A DNA stretch of 39,538 nt from positions 1 to 39,538 of the IMG/VR virus record IMGVR_UViG_3300026187_000002; one strand, given 5' to 3'. Source of the DNA: a virus (Duplodnaviria > Caudoviricetes). The translations under genes were made by a program, and so were the position numbers. Positions 1 to 9,799 of the stretch are shown here, piece after piece. The stretch's first letter is position 1, and every line of letters starts with the position of its first letter. The notes beneath the pieces are model-generated. The model saw only the letters and a program-made list of their open reading frames with translations, made no database searches and was not told the DNA's origin.

Positions 1-103
1 GTGATGATGATAGTGAATATCCATCTTCTCCAATGTCTATAACACTTTCAACGAGGTAAATTAAAATGGCAGAATTTAGTAATTATTTAGAAAACGCATT
101 TAT
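1..103. repeat. Direct terminal repeat, left copy (circular assembly overlap)
   Basis: Bases 1-103 are identical to 39436-39538, and the junction falls in coding sequence between the adaptor gene and the gene at 66. Confidence 0.95.
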
Positions 104-452
104 TAATGCAGCTTTAAGAGCAACAAATTTTACTGCACCTACAACGGTGTATGTATCTTTATATACAAGTGACCCAACAGATGCTGATTCAGGAACAGAA
201 GTATCAGGTGGTTCATATGCTAGAACATCAGCAGCATTTGATGCACCAAGTAACGGTGTAACACAAAACACATCTGATGTTACATTTCCAACAGCTACTG
301 CTTCATGGGGAACAGTTACTCATGTGGCTATTCATGATGCTGCTTCTGCTGGTAATATGTTATTTCACACACCTTTAGATACATCTAAAACAATTGACAC
401 AGGTGACATCTTTAAAATTACATCAGGCAACTTAACAGTTACATTAGCTTAA
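66..452 (+). CDS. Virion structural protein (tail/fibre-associated)
   Basis: 128 aa, Thr/Ser/Gly-rich beta-type protein (SNYLENA...VYVSLYTSDP...EVSGGSYAR) typical of phage virion modules; RBS GAGG; follows the adaptor gene across the junction. Confidence 0.7.
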   Translation: MAEFSNYLENAFINAALRATNFTAPTTVYVSLYTSDPTDADSGTEVSGGSYARTSAAFDAPSNGVTQNTSDVTFPTATASWGTVTHVAIHDAASAGNMLFHTPLDTSKTIDTGDIFKITSGNLTVTLA

Positions 453-461
453 GGATAAATA

Positions 462-1133
462 ATGGCACTTGTCGTTAAAGATAGAGTAAGAGAAACAACT
501 ACAACCACAGGAACAGGCACAGTTACGCTTGCTGGTGCAGTAGATGGTTTTCAATCATTTTCTGCCATAGGTGATGGAAATACAACATACTACGCTATTG
601 TAAGTGGAAACAACTGGGAAACAGGTCTTGGAACTTATACAGCATCAGGCACAACTTTATCTCGTGACACCATATTAGAATCATCTAATAGTGGAAGTGC
701 TATTACATTAGCTGGGACAAGTGATGTGTTTGTAACATTCCCTGCTGAAAAATCTACTCCATTAGATTCTAATGATGATTTGGTTATTTCTAATAATTTA
801 AGCATTGGTGGTCAAGGATATTCACCAACATTAACATTAACAGATGGTGCAACAATTAACTGGGATACAGATAGTGGTCAAGTGGCTACAGTTACATTAG
901 CTGGTAATAGAACATTTGCAGCACCTACTAATTTAGTAAATGGTGGATTCTACGCATTAGAAATTGTGCAAGATGGCACAGGCTCAAGAACTGCAACATG
1001 GAACAGTGTATTTAAATTTACAGGAGCAACAGCACCTACATTAACCACAACAGCTAGTGCTAAAGATTATTTAGTATTTAGAAGTGATGGCACAAACTTG
1101 TATGAACAAGGTCGTAGTTTAGGGGTAGGTTAA
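462..1133 (+). CDS. Tail fibre/structural protein
   Basis: N-terminus ALVVKDRVRETTTTTGTG and C-terminal TLTDGATINWD...QDGTGSRT domain, common in aquatic phage fibre modules. Confidence 0.7.
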   Translation: MALVVKDRVRETTTTTGTGTVTLAGAVDGFQSFSAIGDGNTTYYAIVSGNNWETGLGTYTASGTTLSRDTILESSNSGSAITLAGTSDVFVTFPAEKSTPLDSNDDLVISNNLSIGGQGYSPTLTLTDGATINWDTDSGQVATVTLAGNRTFAAPTNLVNGGFYALEIVQDGTGSRTATWNSVFKFTGATAPTLTTTASAKDYLVFRSDGTNLYEQGRSLGVG

Positions 1134-4100
1134 TGATTGTATTACCAGCAGGTGGTCAACAGGCACAATACAACATTGAGCAAAGTGTAAGATTTAGATA
1201 TGACACAAATGCTAACTTTGATGGTATTAAGTGCTATACAAATAACGGAAGAACAACAGGCACAATATCTTGTTGGGTAAAACTTTCTGATGCTCGTCAT
1301 GACAACTATCATTACATTTTTGAGCAAGGCGGTGATGCCAATAATAGAATATCGTTGCTTACAAGAAGTTCTGCTGATGCAAACGCATATAGATTACATT
1401 TCTTATTAACCGTAAGTGGAACTAATTATCAACTTGTAACCACTAGAGTATTCCGTGACCCAACTGCTTGGTATCATATTGTTGCAGTATTAGATACAAC
1501 AAATGCCACTGCGGCAGATAGAATGAGGTTGTATATTAATGGTGAAAGAGAAACTGATTTTGTTACAAACACAGTTTCATCAATACCTCAAAACCAAGTT
1601 ACACGATTTAACAGTAACTGGGATAGAACAGTAGGAAGTTATAGTTATGGGTCTGGTGTATATACTATGGAAGGGTATATTGCTGACTTTAAAATTGTTG
1701 ACAATCAAGCATTAACAGCAGATGATTTTGGCGAGTATGATGAAACCTATAATACATGGAGACCAAAAGAATACACTGGCTCTTATGGATTAAATGGTGT
1801 TCATTTAGACTTTGCTGATAATTCAGGATTAGGTGTAACTGAAATAGGCAAGAATAAAGCTGAATACACTATGTTATCTGCCAGCACAGACGGAACTAAT
1901 GGATATTATAGATATTCTCAATTATCAGGTGTATCAGATGGTTCTCAAGGAACAATATCAATGTGGGTCAAGTTTGATAACGCTAGTCCAAGTTCTAATA
2001 GTGGTAATGCTTGGGATTTAGTATGGGGTTCAAGAGATAACTCTGTTGGTGATTCTGTAGCTATTTATAGATATTCTTCTGGTGCTATTAGTGTCAGATT
2101 ATATGATAGTAGTTTTAGTAATATCTTGTTTAGTAATTCTACTAGCACATTAACATCAACAACTGATTGGTATCACATTTACACAACTTGGGATACAGTC
2201 AACGAATATTTTCATGTGTATATTAATGGTGTTGAAGAAACAATGTCTTCATACACATTTAACAATAATAATAATGTTAATTACACTGTGCCTTATTGTG
2301 GATTTGCTGGTGACTTGTATGCACCTTACGGACCAAATACACCTGCTGATTGGGGTCAAATATATGTCAACTATTCAGAATATTTAGACCCAGCAACTTA
2401 TTTAGATAAGTTTATATCAGGTGGCAAACCTGTTGGTCTTGGTGGTGATGGTTCTTTACCTAGTGGTAATTCGCCAACTGTATATTTAAATGGTGCAGGT
2501 GGCACAACAAAAACAACCAATGTTGGAACTGGCGGTGCTTTCACTCAATCAGGAAGTGTTGCTTCTGGTTCATCTTTAACAGGTGAAGGATATAGTGAAT
2601 ATGACTTTACACCTAGTGGTATTTCTTTAACATCTGGTTACACTTATGACTGGATGAAAGATGTGCCTTTGCCTGTTGATGAAGATACAGGTAATTTTTT
2701 TACTATGCACCCATTATGGAAGTCTAGCAATTCAACTACTTCTTTTGGTAATTTAAGGGCTCAATCAACTGGCGGAGTCAATCATACTCAATTAGCTAGT
2801 CATACATGGCAAAGCGGTAAGTGGTATATTGAAATATATATCGTGAACGGTTCTGATTCAGATATGATTGGTATACAGCGATATATTGATTTTACAGGAA
2901 CATATACAGATAGTTATAGAGTAGACACTAAAAGTGCTTATGGTGCAGGGTTATATAGAAATGGGCAAGTATATACCACATCAGGAGCAACTAACTGCAC
3001 AGCATCATTTACCACTGGTGATACCATCATGATGGCTATTGATATAGATAATGATAAAGTATGGTGGGGTGTAAACGGCACTTGGGGTAATTTAGGAGGT
3101 GCAGGTGTAGGTGACCCAGCTAATGGCACTAACCCACACTTTACTAATGTTGTATCTGAATATGATGGCAATATTTTTGGTTTATCTGATGCTTCGTCAG
3201 GTAGTAATTATGATATGGCTATAAATTTTGGACAACAGCCATATAACTATACACCACCATCAGGATTTAAAAAGTGTAACTCATATAATGTTGAAGGGTA
3301 TAGAGTATCTACTGGAGATCAAGAAATTGCATCAGGTAAAGATACTCATGATATTAAAACTTGGACAGGAAACGGAACAAGTCAAGACATTACAGGATTA
3401 AAATTTCAACCTGATTTAGTTATAATTAAAAATTTATCTACTGCAAGATACTGGCGACTGCAAGATTCAGTGCGTGGTGCAACTGGCACAGATACCATGT
3501 TATATACAAATAACAGTAGTAATGCGGCTAATTATAGTAATGCAATTACTTCATTTAACAGTGATGGTGTTTCATTAGGAACTGATGTTGGTGTTAATGA
3601 AAGTGGTAAAAACTTTGTAGGATACTTTTGGAAAGCAGGTGAAGGAACAACATCGTCTAATACAGAAGGTTCAATTACCTCTACAGTGAGTGCAGCTTCA
3701 GAAGTAACAGGCATGAGTATTGCAAAATACACAGGTAATGGCACAGCAGGTGCAACGATTGGACATGGGCTAAATACAACATTTTCATATTCACATCTTT
3801 ATATGGTGAAAAATTTAAGCACCAGTCAAAATTGGGCATTAGCACATAGAGTTGCCAATGTAACACGATACATTCCTATGCCATTAGGTGCTAGAACAAC
3901 AGATTCTACAATATGGAATGACACATTAATGAACGCAACTGTAGCAACAGTTGGAACAAGTGCATTAACAAACACAAGTGGTGATGATTATATTTTATAT
4001 TCTTTCTCATTTGATGGTGGCAGAATATATTATTATCGTGGTTCAGGAACAGATAATGGACAAACATTTATTCCATTAAACTTTAAACCATCAATGATAT

Positions 4101-4348
4101 GGATTAAACCTAGAGACAATACTACTCAATGGTATGTATGGGATAATGGTCAAAATACCCATAACCCTAGAAACACATTTCATTATTTAGATTTAACAAA
4201 CACACCGAATACAAGCGGAGCAGATATAGATTTTCTATCTAATGGTGTAACTATTAGAAACACAGCAGCAGATTTAAATGGAAGTAGCACAATTTATGCA
4301 TTTGTTGCTTTTAAAGACACTCACGCAAAATACTCATTAGCAGGATAA
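1133..4348 (+). CDS. Large receptor-binding/tail fibre protein with ConA/LamG-like and SPRY-like domains
   Basis: Two LamG-like blocks (TISCWVK...WYHIVAV...LYING; TISMWVKF...WYHIYTTW...VYING), a SPRY-like block (SGKWYIEI...GDTIMMAIDIDNDKVWWGVNG) and C-terminal (W/Y)TGNGT repeats. Confidence 0.75.
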   Translation: MIVLPAGGQQAQYNIEQSVRFRYDTNANFDGIKCYTNNGRTTGTISCWVKLSDARHDNYHYIFEQGGDANNRISLLTRSSADANAYRLHFLLTVSGTNYQLVTTRVFRDPTAWYHIVAVLDTTNATAADRMRLYINGERETDFVTNTVSSIPQNQVTRFNSNWDRTVGSYSYGSGVYTMEGYIADFKIVDNQALTADDFGEYDETYNTWRPKEYTGSYGLNGVHLDFADNSGLGVTEIGKNKAEYTMLSASTDGTNGYYRYSQLSGVSDGSQGTISMWVKFDNASPSSNSGNAWDLVWGSRDNSVGDSVAIYRYSSGAISVRLYDSSFSNILFSNSTSTLTSTTDWYHIYTTWDTVNEYFHVYINGVEETMSSYTFNNNNNVNYTVPYCGFAGDLYAPYGPNTPADWGQIYVNYSEYLDPATYLDKFISGGKPVGLGGDGSLPSGNSPTVYLNGAGGTTKTTNVGTGGAFTQSGSVASGSSLTGEGYSEYDFTPSGISLTSGYTYDWMKDVPLPVDEDTGNFFTMHPLWKSSNSTTSFGNLRAQSTGGVNHTQLASHTWQSGKWYIEIYIVNGSDSDMIGIQRYIDFTGTYTDSYRVDTKSAYGAGLYRNGQVYTTSGATNCTASFTTGDTIMMAIDIDNDKVWWGVNGTWGNLGGAGVGDPANGTNPHFTNVVSEYDGNIFGLSDASSGSNYDMAINFGQQPYNYTPPSGFKKCNSYNVEGYRVSTGDQEIASGKDTHDIKTWTGNGTSQDITGLKFQPDLVIIKNLSTARYWRLQDSVRGATGTDTMLYTNNSSNAANYSNAITSFNSDGVSLGTDVGVNESGKNFVGYFWKAGEGTTSSNTEGSITSTVSAASEVTGMSIAKYTGNGTAGATIGHGLNTTFSYSHLYMVKNLSTSQNWALAHRVANVTRYIPMPLGARTTDSTIWNDTLMNATVATVGTSALTNTSGDDYILYSFSFDGGRIYYYRGSGTDNGQTFIPLNFKPSMIWIKPRDNTTQWYVWDNGQNTHNPRNTFHYLDLTNTPNTSGADIDFLSNGVTIRNTAADLNGSSTIYAFVAFKDTHAKYSLAG

Positions 4349-4351
4349 AAC

Positions 4352-4852
4352 ATGGCATATAAACTAAACGGCAAAGTAATTAATGGTTCATTTACTCATA
4401 ATGGCAATCAATATCCTAGCAACTGGTTAGCATTGTCAACACAGGCAGAAAAAGATGCTATTGGTATTACATCGGAAAATGAAACAGACAGAGAAGATGA
4501 TTTCTATTACCATAATGGTGATATAAATACACCTAAAGCATTAGATGATGTAAACCAAACAGATGATGATGGCAATCAACTATATGAACCTGATGGCACA
4601 ACACCATTAGTCACTAAAGGTTTAAAAACATTATGTGAAGAAGCTGTTAAGAAAACATCACATACTTTATTATCTAAAACAGATTGGTATGTTACTCGCA
4701 AGTATGAACAAAATGTTGTTATACCTGATGACATTACTACAAAACGAACAGCATTAAGAAATGAATCTAATAGGTTACAAACTGCTATTCAAGCTGCTAC
4801 AAATGTTGCAGAATTAATTACAGCGATGAACTCACAAGATTGGGGTGAATAA
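4352..4852 (+). CDS. Tail fibre-associated/assembly chaperone-like protein
   Basis: YPSNWL and LLSKTDWYV...RTALR motifs; directly downstream of the large fibre gene. Confidence 0.55.
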   Translation: MAYKLNGKVINGSFTHNGNQYPSNWLALSTQAEKDAIGITSENETDREDDFYYHNGDINTPKALDDVNQTDDDGNQLYEPDGTTPLVTKGLKTLCEEAVKKTSHTLLSKTDWYVTRKYEQNVVIPDDITTKRTALRNESNRLQTAIQAATNVAELITAMNSQDWGE

Positions 4853-5448
4853 TGTTTGGCATACATGGGTTTTCTGAAAAGCCATATAGCTCATTATTCT
4901 ACAATCCAGTATTAGCTAGTGGTGACATTACTGCTGATGCAACAGTAACAGGTTTTGGTGGTTTAGAAAAAAGAGCCACTGCAAGTGTATCTGCCGATGC
5001 AACATCATCTGCTGTAGCAATACGATTAAGAACAGCATCTGGTGCAATATCAGGTTATGCACTAATGGATGCAGAAGGTTTTTCATTAGCAGTAGCTAGT
5101 GGAACAATATTTTCTAATGTGAGTGTAACTGCATTAGGTGGTGTTGTATTTGCATCAGGTCCTATCAACATTAATGCAACAGCAACATCAACAGGTCTTG
5201 GTGGTGTTGAATATGATGGTGTTGGAAATATCAATACAACTGCAAATGTATCAGTATTAGGTAATGCTATCTTTGTTGGTGATGCAGTGATTAATGCAAA
5301 CGGAACATTATCATCAGCAGGGTATATATTAGGTGAAGAATGGACAGATAGTGCAGTTGGATCAGAAACATGGACTGCATCATCTACTGGAAGTGAAACA
5401 TGGGTGGAAGATACACCTGAATCAAATACATGGTTACGACAAGGATAA
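4852..5448 (+). CDS. Virion structural protein, Ala/Gly/Thr-rich, with C-terminal Trp repeats
   Basis: MFG..FSE.P N-terminus; four Trp codons at an exact 30-nt period (5341, 5371, 5401, 5431). Confidence 0.6.
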   Translation: MFGIHGFSEKPYSSLFYNPVLASGDITADATVTGFGGLEKRATASVSADATSSAVAIRLRTASGAISGYALMDAEGFSLAVASGTIFSNVSVTALGGVVFASGPININATATSTGLGGVEYDGVGNINTTANVSVLGNAIFVGDAVINANGTLSSAGYILGEEWTDSAVGSETWTASSTGSETWVEDTPESNTWLRQG

Positions 5449-5451
5449 AAC

Positions 5452-6336
5452 ATGGCAAAAACAAAAATATCTCAATATGATTCAACCGCAGCTAACAATA
5501 CCGATATAGATGGTATTAATATTGCTGAATCATGTCCGCCTTCAGGTATTAACAATGCAATTCGTGAGGTTATGGCACACCTTAAAGACTTTCAGTCTGG
5601 GGTTAGTGGTGATACATTACCTATAGCATCTGGTGGAACAGGAACATCAACAGCATCTGGTGCTAGAACAAGTTTAGGTTTAGGTGCTTTAGCAGTTAAA
5701 GATACTATTGCAACTACTGATATAGATGCAGATGCAGTCACTAATGCAAAAATTGCAGATGATTCTATCGATTCAGAACACTATGTAGATGGCTCTATAG
5801 ATACTGCACATATTGCTGACGATCAAATAACAAGTGCTAAAATTGCAGACAATGCAGTTGGTGCAGATGCACTCAATGTTAGTGGTAACGGAACTTCTGG
5901 ACAAGCATTATTATCTGATGGTGATGGCACATTTAGCTGGGGAACATCAGGTGGTATTACAGAAACAACAGGTTCTGCACCATATTATGGAGCAAGAGCA
6001 TTTGCTAACTTTGATGGAACATTAACAGGAACAATCACACCTCGATCACAAGGTAATATTGCAAGTATTGTTAGAAACTCAACAGGTGTTTATACAGTAA
6101 CATTTACTGAAGCGATGCCTGATGCAAACTATTGTATTATTGGAACTTGTGGTGAAAACCCTGTTAATAACGGAACTGTATATTTAAATGCTATATTTAT
6201 TGCAGCAGGTGGTCATGGTATCACACCAACAAAAACAGCTAGTTCATTTAATTTCCAAACTATATTTGCTGATGGAGGTAGTGGCTTCGGTTATTTAACT
6301 GACTATGATGAAGTTTCATTCACAATTATAAGGTAA
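5452..6336 (+). CDS. Tail fibre protein
   Basis: N-terminal anchor (NIAESCPPSGINNAIREVMA), 10-aa AVTNAKIAD-type shaft repeats, C-terminal tip (ARAFANFDGT...GVYTVTF). Confidence 0.7.
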   Translation: MAKTKISQYDSTAANNTDIDGINIAESCPPSGINNAIREVMAHLKDFQSGVSGDTLPIASGGTGTSTASGARTSLGLGALAVKDTIATTDIDADAVTNAKIADDSIDSEHYVDGSIDTAHIADDQITSAKIADNAVGADALNVSGNGTSGQALLSDGDGTFSWGTSGGITETTGSAPYYGARAFANFDGTLTGTITPRSQGNIASIVRNSTGVYTVTFTEAMPDANYCIIGTCGENPVNNGTVYLNAIFIAAGGHGITPTKTASSFNFQTIFADGGSGFGYLTDYDEVSFTIIR

Positions 6337-6339
6337 ATT

Positions 6340-7767
6340 ATGGCAACTAGAATACAATTTGAAGAATGGTTGCCTGACCAACCATCAGTAACATCATTAA
6401 GAGATGCAAAGAATGTATACCCTACAAGCGTAGGTTATGCACCATTTAATAATGCAGTAGACTTTTCTCAAGCTGCATCTGAAAATATTAATTCTGTATT
6501 TGGTGCTAAATATGGTGATGAAGTAGCTATCTTTGCAGGTGGTGCAAGTAAATTGTTTAAACTTGATGCAACAGATTTATCTGTAGACGATGTATCAAAA
6601 TCTGGTGGTTACTCTGGTAGCACATGGAACTTTACACAATTTGGTAAAGTTGTTATTGGTGCTAACAATCAATCTAAATTACAATCATGGACTATAGGAG
6701 CATCATCTGCATTTGCAGATTTAGATACAAATGCACCGATTGCTAAATATGTCACTGTAGTTCGTGACTTTGTAGTCACTGCTAACTTAAATGCAAGTGT
6801 AGATACAAACAAAGTTCAATGGTCAGATATTAACGATGAAACTACATGGACAAGTGGCACAACATCACAATCAGATTATCAGATTATCCCTGATGGTGGT
6901 GATATTACTGGCTTAACTGGTGGTGAAATAGGTTTAATCTTTTTAGAAAAATCTATTGTTCGTATGTCTTATGTTGGCTCACCATTATTCTTTCAGTTTG
7001 ACACAATTTCAAGAGGTTTAGGTTGTTTAGAAGGTAATTCTATAGCACAATATGGTGCTACATCATTCTTCTTATCTGCTGACGGTTTTTATAAATGTGA
7101 TGGTCAGACAGTAACAGGGATTGGCACAGAAAAAGTAGATAGATATTTCTTTGATGATGTTGATTTAACATCACTAGGAACTATGTCTGCTGCGGCTGAC
7201 CCTATTAAAAAATTAGTAGTATGGAACTATAAAAATGTTGATGGTGGTCGCAGTATTCTTATATACAACTGGCAACTAAACAAATGGTCAAGAGTAACTA
7301 CTGACTCTACAGGAGTAGGAACTATATCTACAACTGGTTATACATTAGAAGGTTTAGAGACTGTATTAGGATACACCGATTTAGAAACTATACCAGCATC
7401 ACTAGACAGTCGATTATGGGTTGGTGGTAAGTTCTTATTTGCAGGATTTCAAGATACTAAAATTGTTACCTTTACTGGCACAACTTACAATTCTGAAATT
7501 ATTACACCAGATATAGAAGTTGGATACAATTCTGTAGCAACTTTAGTTAGATCACAAATAGATAATGGTAGTGCTAATATTAAGATCGCATCAAGACGAG
7601 AACTAGATGATAACATACAGTTTGGTTCATCATCTACAACATCATCAGAAGGTCGAGCAAGTGTTAGAAGTGCTGGTCGTTATCATAGGTTCTCTATAAC
7701 GCCAACAGGAAACTGGACTAACGCATCTAGTATTGATGTAGATTTTAGAACTCAAGGTAATAGATAA
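6340..7767 (+). CDS. Tail nozzle/DNA stabilisation protein (P22 gp10-like position)
   Basis: 475 aa, beta-propeller-like (VQWSDIND, FFLSADGFY) with EWLPDQP N-terminus; podovirus synteny. Confidence 0.65.
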   Translation: MATRIQFEEWLPDQPSVTSLRDAKNVYPTSVGYAPFNNAVDFSQAASENINSVFGAKYGDEVAIFAGGASKLFKLDATDLSVDDVSKSGGYSGSTWNFTQFGKVVIGANNQSKLQSWTIGASSAFADLDTNAPIAKYVTVVRDFVVTANLNASVDTNKVQWSDINDETTWTSGTTSQSDYQIIPDGGDITGLTGGEIGLIFLEKSIVRMSYVGSPLFFQFDTISRGLGCLEGNSIAQYGATSFFLSADGFYKCDGQTVTGIGTEKVDRYFFDDVDLTSLGTMSAAADPIKKLVVWNYKNVDGGRSILIYNWQLNKWSRVTTDSTGVGTISTTGYTLEGLETVLGYTDLETIPASLDSRLWVGGKFLFAGFQDTKIVTFTGTTYNSEIITPDIEVGYNSVATLVRSQIDNGSANIKIASRRELDDNIQFGSSSTTSSEGRASVRSAGRYHRFSITPTGNWTNASSIDVDFRTQGNR

Positions 7768-8564
7768 TGCAGTTTAGACGATTACAACCACAGTATGCAG
7801 ATACTCGTGAAATTGCAGAAGTTACCAATCAAATATTAAATGGTAAGTTAAATTGCACAGGCACATTTGATTTAGATACAAGTTGGGCAACAACAACGAC
7901 TATATACAATGAGCGTATCTCTACAGACTCTAAAATACTATTAGTTCCATTTAGTGATGCAGCAGAAACATCTACAGCACCTTATGGTGAGTTTACTAAA
8001 AACACAGATCAGTTAGCACCTAGTGCTGGTAATACAGCAGTTGTTGAATGGACTACCGAACATGAAGTTAATGGAGTGTATTTAGATACAGGTAACACAT
8101 CTAGAATATATGTAAGAAATGACGGCATATATAAAGTATTATTTTCATTGCAATTAGCAAATGCTAATAACGATGGAGAACACGCAGATGTATGGTTTAG
8201 AGTTAATGGAACTGATGAAGCAGATTCAGGAAAGAGATTTGGTTTGCCTGCAAGAAAGTCTAATGGTGACCCATCTCACTTAACTGGAACTTCAAGTCAT
8301 GTGTTAGATTTAACAGCAGGTGATTATATCGAGATAGCAGGAGCAACATCTTCGACTGATGTTTCTCTTGAACATTTTACTGCAACAACGACAACACCTT
8401 ACACAAGACCTGCAATACCGTCTGCACAAATAAATATTACATACATTGCACCATTTAGCATGGACAATGTATATGTGTCTGCACAGCAAAACGGACAAGC
8501 AACAGTATCACACTTTGCTAATAATACATCAAACAACACATATGGGTATGTTATAATAGGGTAG
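7767..8564 (+). CDS. Tail-associated protein with C1q/TNF-like domain
   Basis: Central segment SRIYVRNDGIYKVLFSLQL...LDLTAGDYIEI resembles C1q/BclA-CTD jelly-roll motifs; lies after the nozzle gene. Confidence 0.5.
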   Translation: MQFRRLQPQYADTREIAEVTNQILNGKLNCTGTFDLDTSWATTTTIYNERISTDSKILLVPFSDAAETSTAPYGEFTKNTDQLAPSAGNTAVVEWTTEHEVNGVYLDTGNTSRIYVRNDGIYKVLFSLQLANANNDGEHADVWFRVNGTDEADSGKRFGLPARKSNGDPSHLTGTSSHVLDLTAGDYIEIAGATSSTDVSLEHFTATTTTPYTRPAIPSAQINITYIAPFSMDNVYVSAQQNGQATVSHFANNTSNNTYGYVIIG

Positions 8565-8585
8565 TATATTTCTAGGATTTGTATC

Positions 8586-8996
8586 ATGGAAACTAACCTA
8601 TTCGTAGTTCCTACTACACACATACATCAGTTTTGGCATTTAGCTGAAAAACATTTACAACGAGCTATAGATACTGGTAACGGTGAATTTACACTAGACC
8701 AGTTAAGACAGTTTGTCTCACAAGGCAATTCAGAACTATTCTTAATACTAAAGGATAAAGAATGTCTTGGTGCATTTACAGTCCAATGGGTTATGTATCC
8801 TAACGACAGAGTGGCATATATCACTTATATAGGTGGTTATACAGATCACAGATGTTGGGAACAATTTCTTAATTGGGTAAAGAATAACGGTGGAACTAAA
8901 GCACAAGGTTCTACTGCAAAAGAATCCATAGTTCGTTTATGGAAACGAAAATGGGGTATGAAACCTAAATATACATTAATGGAGTATAAATTATGA
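8586..8996 (+). CDS. GNAT-like fold virion assembly protein (P22 gp14-like position)
   Basis: 136 aa; sits between the tail genes and the first ejection protein, a position usually held by an acetyltransferase-like protein in podoviruses. Confidence 0.5.
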   Translation: METNLFVVPTTHIHQFWHLAEKHLQRAIDTGNGEFTLDQLRQFVSQGNSELFLILKDKECLGAFTVQWVMYPNDRVAYITYIGGYTDHRCWEQFLNWVKNNGGTKAQGSTAKESIVRLWKRKWGMKPKYTLMEYKL

Positions 8997-9799
8997 TATC
9001 GTTTAACAAACTATTCAACATCTTCTTTGGAACAGGAATGGTGCAATTATTGACATTCTACAAAGGAGGAGGTGGTGGAGGTAGCACACAAACTACACAA
9101 AACCAATTAGACCCTACTGTTAGACCGTTTGTTGAGTATGGTTTAGAAGAGGCTAAAGCATTATATCAAACAGATACTCCACAATACTATCCATATCAAA
9201 CCTATGTAGACCCATCATCACAAACTCAATCTGCATTACAAGCTGCACAAAATAGAGCATTAGCTGGTAATCCATTAGTGCCAGCGGCTCAACAACAATT
9301 ACAAAACACAATACAAGGTCAAAATTTAGGTCTCAATCCATACTTTGCTAACGCACTACAAGGTGCGGCAGGTGTTGCTACTACACAGTTCCAAGACGCT
9401 CTAAAAGACATTGCATCTCAAAGTTCACGAGCTGGTCGCTATGGTTCTGGTGCAATGGGTGACTTACAGTCAAGAGCATCTACCAATCTAGCTAAAGAGT
9501 TGACAAGCAGAGCTGGAGAACTAGCTTATCAAAACTATGCGGCTGAAAGAGCAGCACAAGAAAGAGCAACACAATTAGCACCATCTATGGCTCAAGCTGA
9601 TTATGCAGATATAAATCAATTATTAAATATAGGTCAAATGTCTGAAGATTACCAAAGACAAGCATTAGAATCAGATATTGCTAGATATGACTTTGAACAA
9701 AATAAACCATATCAAAAACTTTCTGCATACCTTGGTGCTGCATATGGCGCACCTATGGGTCAAGTGTCTACAACAGAATCTTCAGGAGGTGGCAAGTAA
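8993..9799 (+). CDS. DNA ejection/pilot protein (P22 gp7-like)
   Basis: Hydrophobic leader followed by KGGGGGGS; Gln/Ala-rich helical body; AGRYGSG motif. Confidence 0.6.
   Translation: MISFNKLFNIFFGTGMVQLLTFYKGGGGGGSTQTTQNQLDPTVRPFVEYGLEEAKALYQTDTPQYYPYQTYVDPSSQTQSALQAAQNRALAGNPLVPAAQQQLQNTIQGQNLGLNPYFANALQGAAGVATTQFQDALKDIASQSSRAGRYGSGAMGDLQSRASTNLAKELTSRAGELAYQNYAAERAAQERATQLAPSMAQADYADINQLLNIGQMSEDYQRQALESDIARYDFEQNKPYQKLSAYLGAAYGAPMGQVSTTESSGGGK

Noticed and set aside
1133-6336. Possible diversity-generating retroelement targeting the fibre genes
   Set aside because: No reverse transcriptase and no template/variable repeat pair seen.
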